In this document: positions 1 through 11,589 of the stretch, in pieces
Position numbering within the stretch: the stretch's first letter is position 1
Layout: each line of letters begins with the position of its first letter
Assembly (NCBI GenBank): GCA_019638085.1
Contig: JAHBUL010000004.1
Location: 102,444 to 166,443 of the forward strand
Source: Flavobacteriales bacterium
GTDB lineage: Bacteria; Bacteroidota; Bacteroidia; Flavobacteriales_F; PHOS-HE28
DNA: 64,000 bases
Direction: 5' to 3'
Notes under the pieces: generated by a model
Databases searched by the model: none
Told to the model about the DNA's origin: nothing
Seen by the model: only the letters and a program-made list of their open reading frames with translations
Translations under genes and position numbers: made by a program

Positions 1-674
1 TCGGCCAAAGCGATGCACCCGCCGTGGCTCAGGCCGAGCAACGCGGCTTGGACGGTCTGTACTCCGTAGGCCAGTCGCGCAAGACCAGCCGGGCGAACAT
101 GAGCGAGTGGCACAAGGGCGATCTACGCGTTGCCTTGGTGATGCATTGGTCCTCCTTTGAAGGCCCGGACATGGGGAACTGGAGCTACTACTTCACCCGC
201 CTGGAAACATCCGCTGACCGGTTCGACCAAGAGAAAACCGCTTTGCTGACGGGGCTCGCCAGCCTGCGCTATAACCCGAACTACTTCGCCGCCTACGCGC
301 GCAGTGAACAGCAAAAGGAACAGCAGAGCTGGGGCGCGCACGACGCGAAGATGCGCACCAACCAAGCGGCTTTCGACGCCCAGCAGCAGGCTCACCGCAG
401 CAACGTGGATGCCATGAACAACTCGATCATGGGCACATGGAAGAGCACCAATGACCGCATGGACCACCAGCAGAACGCCACCATCAACAGCATTCGCGGC
501 GAAGAGGACGTGGTCAACCCGTACACCGGTGAGACCTATAAGGTGGAGAGCGGCTCTGATCAATACTGGATGAACAGCAATGGCGAATACATCGGCACCA
601 ATGATGTGATGTTCGATCCCAATGCCGTTGAGCAGGGTGTGGACCAGTGGCGGCAGGCGCCTCCAAAGCCATAG
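1..674 (+). CDS. hypothetical protein, 5'-truncated by window edge (reading frame open to nt 3)
   Basis: ORF 24..674 starts on GTG and the frame stays open upstream to the window start. Q/N-rich, no recognisable motif. Confidence 0.4.
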   Translation, partial: GQSDAPAVAQAEQRGLDGLYSVGQSRKTSRANMSEWHKGDLRVALVMHWSSFEGPDMGNWSYYFTRLETSADRFDQEKTALLTGLASLRYNPNYFAAYARSEQQKEQQSWGAHDAKMRTNQAAFDAQQQAHRSNVDAMNNSIMGTWKSTNDRMDHQQNATINSIRGEEDVVNPYTGETYKVESGSDQYWMNSNGEYIGTNDVMFDPNAVEQGVDQWRQAPPKP

Positions 675-728
675 TGCTTATTACGCGCCAGAGCGCCCCG
701 AAGGGAAGCGCGCTTACCTTGCATCGCC

Positions 729-1010
729 ATGGAAGCATTCATCGCTGCGCGACTTGCGGAAGGGAACCGGATCTTTCCGTCCAGGATCATCATCGACGAA
801 CAAGGCATCACGCTGAAAGTTCCCAGCCTCTTCAGCGGTAATGAGAAGACAATACCGTTCAGCCGGGTCTCTTCCGTGGATATCGACTCCCCGATGGTCG
901 GCTATTCCACCATTATCATCAACACCACCGGGTAAGGGAACATCCGCGCGCACGGCTTCACCAAGGCGGAAGTGACACGGATGAAGGCGATGATCCTGGA
1001 GCGGATGTGA
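729..1010 (+). CDS. small bacterial PH-like (bPH_2/YdbS-like) protein interrupted by an in-frame TAA at 933..935; possible pseudogene or sequencing error
   Basis: The 68 aa ORF ends ...TIIINTTG*. The same frame continues GNIRAHGFTKAEVTRMKAMILERM to TGA at 1008..1010. Together these resemble the conserved ...TxGG..I...G....EA..L...I.. C-terminus of bPH_2 proteins. Confidence 0.35.
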
Positions 1011-1068
1011 GGAAAGAGGCCCCTTGTCCCTCAAGAGCACCTCCGGAAACTTCACAGCGAACAGCTGT

Positions 1069-1923
1069 TCAGCGTGCGATCGCCAATCGTTGGGTGACCC
1101 TCCTGCCGTCCGCTGCGATCACCTGAAGTTCGTACAGGCCGTTGGGAAGTCCGTCGGTACGAACAACCTCGGATGCTCCCCCTGCGGAAAGCGTGCGGAC
1201 CAGAACGATCCTTCCCGCAGCGTCGATCACGTTCAACGTGACCGATCCTTGCAAGGCCGGGTTCCGCAGCAGCTTCACTTCATCGGATGCCGGATTGGGA
1301 TGGATGGAGAAGGCCGGGGTACTGAACTCGGCGATGTCTGTGCCTACAGCCAGATCGAAACCGATGTCCTGCCAACTGGAGACCACGCTTTCACCGGTGG
1401 GTGATACAACGTCGCTCCAATACAGTTTCCGGCCCGCCATGCTGGTGCTCATCGTCCCGAAATTGGTGGTCACGCTACCGGTGAAACTGAGGTCCACGAT
1501 CAAGGTGAGCGATGCATCATAATTGAACGTATCATCCAGCGGTATCGCGAACCATTCCCCACTGGCTCCCGGTGGGATGGTGAAGGAAGCACTGGTCAAC
1601 ACGGTCTGGAGCCCGGTAAAGAAGGTATTCCCACCGGGAAAGCTGGTCTGCGAGGTCTGCGTCAATCGCACCATGAAGTTCGTGAGCGTATTCCCGTTGT
1701 CGATGCCGGTGGTACCATAGCGGTAATAGAGGGTGGTGATGTCACCATCCGATTCATTCGTCAGGTCACCCGGGGTATAAATGCATTGGCTGTGACTTGC
1801 GGTGCCGAGATTGCCCAACAGGAAGGTGCTATTGGCGGTACCACAACACTTTTGCACCGTTTGCGCGGAGGCCGTTCGGCCCAATACCAAAAGCAGAGCG
1901 AGAGCGAGGTATCCGTGTTTCAT
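1069..1923 (-). CDS. secreted protein with T9SS type A C-terminal sorting domain (Por_Secre_tail)
   Basis: Signal peptide MKHGYLALALLLVLGRTASAQ. C-terminus ...GLPNGLYELQVIAADGRRVTQRLAIAR matches the T9SS CTD pattern. Start chosen at internal ATG (M8 of the ORF). Confidence 0.7.
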   Translation of the reverse strand: MKHGYLALALLLVLGRTASAQTVQKCCGTANSTFLLGNLGTASHSQCIYTPGDLTNESDGDITTLYYRYGTTGIDNGNTLTNFMVRLTQTSQTSFPGGNTFFTGLQTVLTSASFTIPPGASGEWFAIPLDDTFNYDASLTLIVDLSFTGSVTTNFGTMSTSMAGRKLYWSDVVSPTGESVVSSWQDIGFDLAVGTDIAEFSTPAFSIHPNPASDEVKLLRNPALQGSVTLNVIDAAGRIVLVRTLSAGGASEVVRTDGLPNGLYELQVIAADGRRVTQRLAIAR

Positions 1924-2148
1924 GGGAGTGGATTTGCACGGCAAGTTAATGTGTTTGACGATCCGCGTTGCAGATCCACTGCACGATCAAAAGGCCTCCA
2001 TGTCCCAATTAGTGATCGCTGAACTGCAGTTTGCCTCGTTCAGCCGATCGCGAAGCGGCGTTGCAACAACCGCCCTCAGGTTCAAGGTGAGCACAACGAT
2101 AGATCGGGTCGGACAGAGATCGAATTTCCTACATGCACAACGTGCCGC

Positions 2149-3576
2149 TCAGTGAACCCACGGCACCAAATAGCCGATGTTCAGCAACCAATTCCGATGC
2201 GATGCTACTGAGCTTCCTGAATACCCGTCCATCAGGCCCTCGGGGAGGAAATTGGTGAACCCGTGCTGATAACGTACGTCGATGCTCAACGCTGAACGAC
2301 CCACATCCATCGCCAAGCCGATCCCCGCTTGGGCGGAAAAGTCCCAAGGCAGATAATCATCTGGTAAAGACTTCTCCGTATAGGTGATCGAAGTTGCGGT
2401 ATAAAAGTCCCCATAGAACGTACCACCCGTTGCATGATAAACGTGTACGCCTCCGAGTCCTCGCCCCACAACCGGTCCAGCCATGAAGTAAGGCCGCAAC
2501 GTACGTCCCTTCATTTGGTAGCTCACAAGCACGGGCAGTTCCAAGTAGGTCATGCGCAAGAGGTCATTTTCAACCGTAGGCCGAGAATACCATTGACAGC
2601 GCCATCCCTTCTGCATGTACGCCAGTTCGGGGCGGAGGCTCCACTGATCGGAGAATCTCACCTTCACCATTACAGCAGCGGTGATGCCGATCAACGGTTC
2701 TGCTCCATCCACTACGCGCGCTTGAACTTCCGGAACAGAGGAAGAGAAGGACATGGACGAGGCAACAGCACCGAAACGCGTTCCCACCATCAACCCGGGT
2801 CTCATTGCGTGCTTTTCCCGATCAAGCTCCAGCGTGTCATTGGAGGTCGAGATCGGACTGGAACTTTTATACGGTCTTCCAAGTGACAGCTGATATCCCA
2901 GTTGGATCACATAGGAGCGCTGGCTGGCCTTTGGGAGGTCATAAGGGTAGTTGACGGGATTTCCATTCACATCAGTGAACTGCATCAGGAACATGGCATC
3001 TGAAACTCCATGTTGATAGGTAAGGTCAAGGCTGAGCGCACTGCTTCCCCACGTATACGATAAACCCAATCGTCCCAGCAGGGACCATTCCTGATCGGGC
3101 ATGCGATAAGCATACCCAAGATCGTCGGCCCGCCCGATCGGGAAGGTCATATACGGATCGCTGTTGCCATAAGACAGTCGCCCGGTCCCGCGGACATTCA
3201 AGCCATACGCACCGCCTACCGAGGGCGTGAGCTTGAAGCGATGCAGGGCGAAGGCCCAGCCCACCGTTAGCGGTATCTGCAGATAATTACTCCTGTACTG
3301 CTGCGAGTTCCCCCGCTGGTACTGATACCCTTTCTGAATAAAGGCCAAGCCGGTGTTGAGTACGCCTTTTCGATAGATCGGTATTTCCACCGGGAGTTCA
3401 ACACTCAAGCCCGGCACAAGCCCCTGATCCTTGTTCCAATCCTCTGCAGTGGTCCCAACACCACCTGTGACGACCCACCGGGAAAAGCTGACACCTAACC
3501 TGTGGCCAATGGATACTTGGCCGATCACGAGATGGAAATTAGATCCAACGAAAACGATCAAGGCAAGCGCTCTCAT
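2149..3576 (-). CDS. putative outer-membrane protein with internal duplication (two beta-barrel-like halves)
   Basis: N-terminal signal peptide. Repeated segments ...LSLDLTYQHGVSDAMF... and ...LSIDVRYQHGFTNFL... with alternating aromatic/hydrophobic residues. No named family recognised. Confidence 0.4.
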   Translation of the reverse strand: MRALALIVFVGSNFHLVIGQVSIGHRLGVSFSRWVVTGGVGTTAEDWNKDQGLVPGLSVELPVEIPIYRKGVLNTGLAFIQKGYQYQRGNSQQYRSNYLQIPLTVGWAFALHRFKLTPSVGGAYGLNVRGTGRLSYGNSDPYMTFPIGRADDLGYAYRMPDQEWSLLGRLGLSYTWGSSALSLDLTYQHGVSDAMFLMQFTDVNGNPVNYPYDLPKASQRSYVIQLGYQLSLGRPYKSSSPISTSNDTLELDREKHAMRPGLMVGTRFGAVASSMSFSSSVPEVQARVVDGAEPLIGITAAVMVKVRFSDQWSLRPELAYMQKGWRCQWYSRPTVENDLLRMTYLELPVLVSYQMKGRTLRPYFMAGPVVGRGLGGVHVYHATGGTFYGDFYTATSITYTEKSLPDDYLPWDFSAQAGIGLAMDVGRSALSIDVRYQHGFTNFLPEGLMDGYSGSSVASHRNWLLNIGYLVPWVH

Positions 3577-3669
3577 GAAGTAAACCTACAGAAAGTTCAC
3601 TTCCATCTGCGAAGGAGTACATCCGGCAGGTGAAGCACTTGGCCAGAGGTGGGTCGCTATCAGGGCACG

Positions 3670-4008
3670 CTACACCTTTTTCACGAACTCACTCTTCAGC
3701 GCCATTCTACCGAAGCCATCGATGCGGCAATCGATGTTGTGGTCGCCGTCCACCAGCTTGATGTTCTTCACCTTGGTGCCGGCCTTCAGCGCTTTCGGCG
3801 CGCCTTTCACCGGGAGGTCCTTCGCCATCACCACATCATCGCCGTCCTGCAATATGTTTCCGTTGGCGTCCTTCACCACGGGTCCGGCTTCTTCGGCAGC
3901 CACTTCCTCCGGGTTCCACTCGTGGCCGCATTCGGGGCACATCAAGCTCTGGCCCGTGGGATAGGCGAAGGTGGAGCTGCATACGGGGCAGGGAGGTGTG
4001 GTGGTCAT
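3670..4008 (-). CDS. phnA: PhnA/YjdC-family zinc-ribbon protein (alkylphosphonate utilisation operon protein PhnA homolog)
   Basis: N-terminal CPVC...CPEC zinc ribbon. C-terminal ...[25 protein letters not shown]...[36 protein letters not shown] matches PhnA proteins nearly residue for residue. Confidence 0.85.
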   Translation of the reverse strand: MTTTPPCPVCSSTFAYPTGQSLMCPECGHEWNPEEVAAEEAGPVVKDANGNILQDGDDVVMAKDLPVKGAPKALKAGTKVKNIKLVDGDHNIDCRIDGFGRMALKSEFVKKV

Positions 4009-4099
4009 GGCAATGCTGGTTCAGTTCGCGAAGCTACCCTTTCCATTGGTGGTATCCTTTTCAACACCACTGAAGCCAACGATCACCGAACTTCGTTCC

Positions 4100-4609
4100 A
4101 TGGAACACGAACAGCTCACCGATCAGCTCGCACGCCATGGCGAGGTCTTCCGTGCGATGCTCAATGGCCTCACGCCTGAAGAGACCCTCTGGAAACCCGC
4201 ACCGGACAAGTGGTGTGCGCTGGAAGTGATCTGCCACCTGCATGATGAAGAACGCGAGGACTTCCGCGCAAGGCTTAACCACGTTTTGGAAACACCCAAG
4301 GAACCCATGCCTGCGATCGACCCTACTGCTTGGGTCGTGGAACGCAACTACATCGAGCAGGACTTTGCATCGATACTGGCGGAATTCCTCGAGGAAAGAT
4401 CACGGTCCATCACTTGGTTGCATGGCCTGAAGGAAGCCCCATGGGGGAATGCCTATTTGCATCCGAAGGTGGGCCCCGTGAGTTGCGACCTCCTGCTCGC
4501 CAACTGGGTGGCGCACGACCTGCATCACGTTCGGCAGTTGGTGAACCTGCGCTACGCATACCTTGCTGAACATACCATTGTTCCCTTGGACTATGCGGGA
4601 ACTTGGTGA
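4100..4609 (+). CDS. DinB-family (DinB_2) metal-dependent hydrolase-like protein
   Basis: Four-helix-bundle DinB signature with conserved His residues (...WCALEVICHLHDEE..., ...WVAHDLHHVRQ...). Start placed at internal ATG (MEHEQLTD) so as not to overlap phnA. Confidence 0.65.
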   Translation: MEHEQLTDQLARHGEVFRAMLNGLTPEETLWKPAPDKWCALEVICHLHDEEREDFRARLNHVLETPKEPMPAIDPTAWVVERNYIEQDFASILAEFLEERSRSITWLHGLKEAPWGNAYLHPKVGPVSCDLLLANWVAHDLHHVRQLVNLRYAYLAEHTIVPLDYAGTW

Positions 4610-4634
4610 CCCGTTCCACCAACACCTCCACTCC

Positions 4635-5054
4635 ATGCACCCCATCCTCCGCAACATCCTCGCAGTCATCGCCGGTATTGTCGTCGGCGGCTTTGTGAAC
4701 ATGGGCCTGATCATCCTGGGCGGAAAGTTATTTCCTCCCCCCACCGGCGTGGACGTGAACGATATCGCCAGCATCAACGCACACATCGGCGAGTATTCCA
4801 CGCTGCAGCTACTGGCACCCTTTCTGGCCCATGCGCTGGGGGTGCTGGTCGGCGCATTCCTTACGGCGAAGATCGCGGCATCGAGGCACATGGCACTCGC
4901 CCTTGTGGTCGGTGCCTTCTTCTTGTTGGGCGGCATCATGGCCGTACGCATGATCCCCAATGCGCCCATGTGGTTCAACGTGCTGGACCTCGTGGTGGCC
5001 TATATCCCCATGGCTTGGCTCGGAGCAAAGCTGGCGATGGGCACTAAGCGCTGA
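4635..5054 (+). CDS. hypothetical small multi-pass membrane protein
   Basis: About 140 aa with four hydrophobic helices. Start at internal ATG (MHPILRNIL...) just after the DinB stop. Confidence 0.45.
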   Translation: MHPILRNILAVIAGIVVGGFVNMGLIILGGKLFPPPTGVDVNDIASINAHIGEYSTLQLLAPFLAHALGVLVGAFLTAKIAASRHMALALVVGAFFLLGGIMAVRMIPNAPMWFNVLDLVVAYIPMAWLGAKLAMGTKR

Positions 5055-5089
5055 TAGCCCTGTACCCATAACTAAAAACCCACTTCACC

Positions 5090-5509
5090 ATGGACCTTGG
5101 ACAACTTCCCTACTTGCACATTCTCGTGACCGCACTCGCCGCTTTCGCTCTGGGTGCCATCTGGTACAGTTTCCTCTTTGGCAAGATCTGGATGAAAGAG
5201 CTCGGCTTCACAGAGGAATCGATCCGGAGTTCCGGTGCCAACATGGGGGTGATCTTCGGCAGTACGCTGGTGCTCACCATCATCATGGCCTTTGGCATCG
5301 CCGTGCTGATCCAATTGCATCAGGTCCCGAACATCACCTGGATGGTCGGCCTGCGGATCGGGCTGTTGACAGGCCTGTTCTTCGTGGCCACATCCATGGC
5401 GATCAACTACCTGTACCAACGCCGCTCGATCAAACTATGGCTGGTCGACGCCGGCTATCAGGTCTGTTTCATGGGCCTCATCGGTGCCATCCTCGGGGCG
5501 TGGCATTGA
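5090..5509 (+). CDS. DUF1761-family membrane protein
   Basis: 139 aa with four predicted TM helices. W/Y-rich N-terminus (ALAAFALGAIWYSFLFGKIW) is typical of DUF1761. Confidence 0.5.
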   Translation: MDLGQLPYLHILVTALAAFALGAIWYSFLFGKIWMKELGFTEESIRSSGANMGVIFGSTLVLTIIMAFGIAVLIQLHQVPNITWMVGLRIGLLTGLFFVATSMAINYLYQRRSIKLWLVDAGYQVCFMGLIGAILGAWH

Positions 5510-5527
5510 GCCGGCCTGCTTGAAGTA

Positions 5528-5623
5528 GAAGTATGCGCTTGCATGTCGCGAATGCAAGCATGCCGCGAGCGTCCTGAAGTATGCGTTCGCGTGTCGCGAG
5601 TGCAAGCGTGTCACGAGTGTGCC
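5528..5623. repeat. tandem imperfect 48-bp repeat (2 copies, about 77% identical); copy 1 carries a perfect 8-bp stem hairpin GCTTGCAT-N7-ATGCAAGC
   Basis: Units gaagtatgcgcttgcatgtcgcgaatgcaagcatgccgcgagcgtcct and gaagtatgcgttcgcgtgtcgcgagtgcaagcgtgtcacgagtgtgcc. They lie in the 124-nt gap between convergent genes ending at 5509 and 5634. Confidence 0.6.
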
Positions 5624-5633
5624 AAGTGACCGC

Positions 5634-6479
5634 TCACTTCCCTTTTGCGTTCATCACCTCGAACGCCCGGTACACCGCACGATGCAGCAGGGTGGCGTGG
5701 GTTTCCTTCGGGAAGTATTCGTAGGTGCATTCCAACGACGGCTTTCCGTACGCCCGGAACGCCTCCACCACTTGGTCCACCTGCTTCTGCATCATATCCT
5801 CGTTGCTCGCTGATGCGATGAAGATCCGCTTGTTCAACTTGTTGTGCTCTTTTACCCACGCTTCCGCACTGGCCGCGAGTGCGCCGTTGTTCCACCACAG
5901 GCTGGGGCCGACCAGGATATAGTCGTCGAAGAGCTCCGGCTTAGTGAACAGCACTTCGGTGGCCAGCAAGCCTCCCAACGATTGCCCGATGATGGTGCGA
6001 TGACCCGAGGTGCGGTAGTGTTCCTGCACCATCGGCTCCACCTCGTGCCCCAAGAATTTGATGAACGCCGCCGCCCCCCCGGCCGTGGGATTCCACACCA
6101 TGTCACTGTCGCCTTGCGTTGGCGAAGTATAATCGTGGTAGCGCGACTTCCCGTTGTTGGCAATGCCGACGACGATGCTCTTCGGCAACAGGTCGTACAT
6201 GTTCATGAACTGCGCCAGCCCGGCGATATGCGGGAAGTCCTCATTGGCGGAGCCATCCAGCACATAGATCACCGGGTAGCTTAAGGTGCTGTCGGCATAA
6301 CCGTCGGGCAGGTACACGTTAAGCACGCGCTCTTGGTCCAGGGCTTCGGAATGGAAAGTGAGCACTTCGCCGAGGACGAAGGGCGTGGTCCGGACAGTGC
6401 TCTGCACTTGCGCGCAAAGCGCGGTGGAGACCAATAAGATGAGGGGGGTGAACGAGCGCATGGTGCGAAGTTCGTTCAT
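5634..6479 (-). CDS. secreted alpha/beta-hydrolase, putative esterase family (PF00756-like)
   Basis: Signal peptide MNELRTMRSFTPLILLVSTALCAQ. Motifs VIYVLDG, GxSxG (IGQSLGG), and a conserved histidine near the C-terminus. Confidence 0.75.
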   Translation of the reverse strand: MNELRTMRSFTPLILLVSTALCAQVQSTVRTTPFVLGEVLTFHSEALDQERVLNVYLPDGYADSTLSYPVIYVLDGSANEDFPHIAGLAQFMNMYDLLPKSIVVGIANNGKSRYHDYTSPTQGDSDMVWNPTAGGAAAFIKFLGHEVEPMVQEHYRTSGHRTIIGQSLGGLLATEVLFTKPELFDDYILVGPSLWWNNGALAASAEAWVKEHNKLNKRIFIASASNEDMMQKQVDQVVEAFRAYGKPSLECTYEYFPKETHATLLHRAVYRAFEVMNAKGK

Positions 6480-6671
6480 CGCCGGGATGATCGTTCCATA
6501 TTCCCTGGCGACAATAGGTAGCGGACGTGAGTTGCACCGCATCCGCAAATGACCGATCGGAATTCAAAAAACAGAAGCTCATAAAGTAATGGGAAGGTTG
6601 GAACGGCCTCATCGCGTATACGATTTGCTCAAGCTGAGCGGTCCATTTAATTTCACACCATAACAACCATC

Positions 6672-7022
6672 ATGGACCTTGCATACCTGGGTCGCCTATG
6701 CAAGGGCGATCGCTCGCGCATGGCGGAATACATCGCGCTCTATTTGCAGGAAGCTCCCCGGCTGTTCGCCCAGTTGGGTGCACTGGCCAACAAGCAGGAT
6801 GCAGAGCAACTCGCACAAACGGCGCATGGTCTGCAACCCCACGTCCATTACATGGGTGACGAGCGTTTATATATACTTCTGGACCACATCCAAGAATGCG
6901 CAAGCGCCCAAGGCACGGCTGCGTGCAAGGAAAGCGTGCGGGAATGCATTGCGCTGAACCAGGAACTCATGCATGCCCTGATCCAATGGTCAACAACCGA
7001 TCCACCAACCACAAACAGGTAG
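6672..7022 (+). CDS. stand-alone Hpt (histidine phosphotransfer) domain protein
   Basis: 116 aa helical protein. Motif AEQLAQTAHGLQP matches the Hpt phospho-His signature (AHxLKG). Confidence 0.65.
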   Translation: MDLAYLGRLCKGDRSRMAEYIALYLQEAPRLFAQLGALANKQDAEQLAQTAHGLQPHVHYMGDERLYILLDHIQECASAQGTAACKESVRECIALNQELMHALIQWSTTDPPTTNR

Positions 7023-7067
7023 AAATACGCACTGTTCGCCCAATGAACAACGCCAACTTGCGGCCCT

Positions 7068-7715
7068 ATGATCCAGATCGCTCTTGTCGATGACCAAGTG
7101 CTTTTCCGCCGAGGGATGGCATTGCTGCTGCGTGACATGGCGGATGTGCGGGTGGTGTTCGAATGCGCCAATGGCGAAGAGCTGCTCACCGGAATGCGCG
7201 ATAACGCCGTGGACATCATCCTGCTGGACGTGGAGATGCCCGTAATGGGCGGCATGGAGGCATTGGCCCACCTGAGAAGGTCACATCCGGAAGTCAAGGT
7301 GATCATGCTGAGCCTTCACACAGAGGTTGAGCTTTTCGTTGATGCAATGGAAAAGGGTGCCAATGCCTACCTGCTGAAGATCGCCGAGCCGGTGGAGATC
7401 GAGAACGCCATCCGCGAAGTGGCCGAGAGTGGGTACCACTTCAGCGACCGCGTGAGCCAGGCGATGCTTCACGGTCTGGTAAAGCGCCAACAGGTGAAGC
7501 CCTCCTACAAGGATGTGGACCCACTATCCGAACGTGAGCTGGAGGTGCTGCGCGCCATTTGCCAAGAGCTCACCACGACGGAGATCGCTGGCCAACTTTT
7601 TATCAGCCCGCGCACCGTGGATGGCCACCGGAACAACCTCCTGCTGAAGACCGGCGCGCGCAATACGGCCGGGCTGGTGGTTTATGCGATGACCAAGGGG
7701 CTGTATGCTCCTTAA
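7068..7715 (+). CDS. NarL/FixJ (LuxR)-family response regulator (REC + HTH_LuxR)
   Basis: REC motifs LVDDQ, IILLDVEMPVMGG, KVIMLS. C-terminal LSERELEVLRAICQELTTTEIAGQLFISPRTVDGHRNNLLLK is a LuxR-type HTH. Confidence 0.9.
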   Translation: MIQIALVDDQVLFRRGMALLLRDMADVRVVFECANGEELLTGMRDNAVDIILLDVEMPVMGGMEALAHLRRSHPEVKVIMLSLHTEVELFVDAMEKGANAYLLKIAEPVEIENAIREVAESGYHFSDRVSQAMLHGLVKRQQVKPSYKDVDPLSERELEVLRAICQELTTTEIAGQLFISPRTVDGHRNNLLLKTGARNTAGLVVYAMTKGLYAP

Positions 7716-7717
7716 AC

Positions 7718-11434
<3,717 letters not shown>

Positions 11435-11589
11435 AGCACGCCTCCACTGGTGACCCGTTGATCCCGTGCATTGAGCGAACGCAACAAGAACAGGTGTTTT
11501 TTCGGGGTGCAGAACAGGTATTTATACGCATTGAAGGGAATTGGGCTGCCGGGACTTTTGTCCTGCCGGAAACCCAAACACACCGTATC

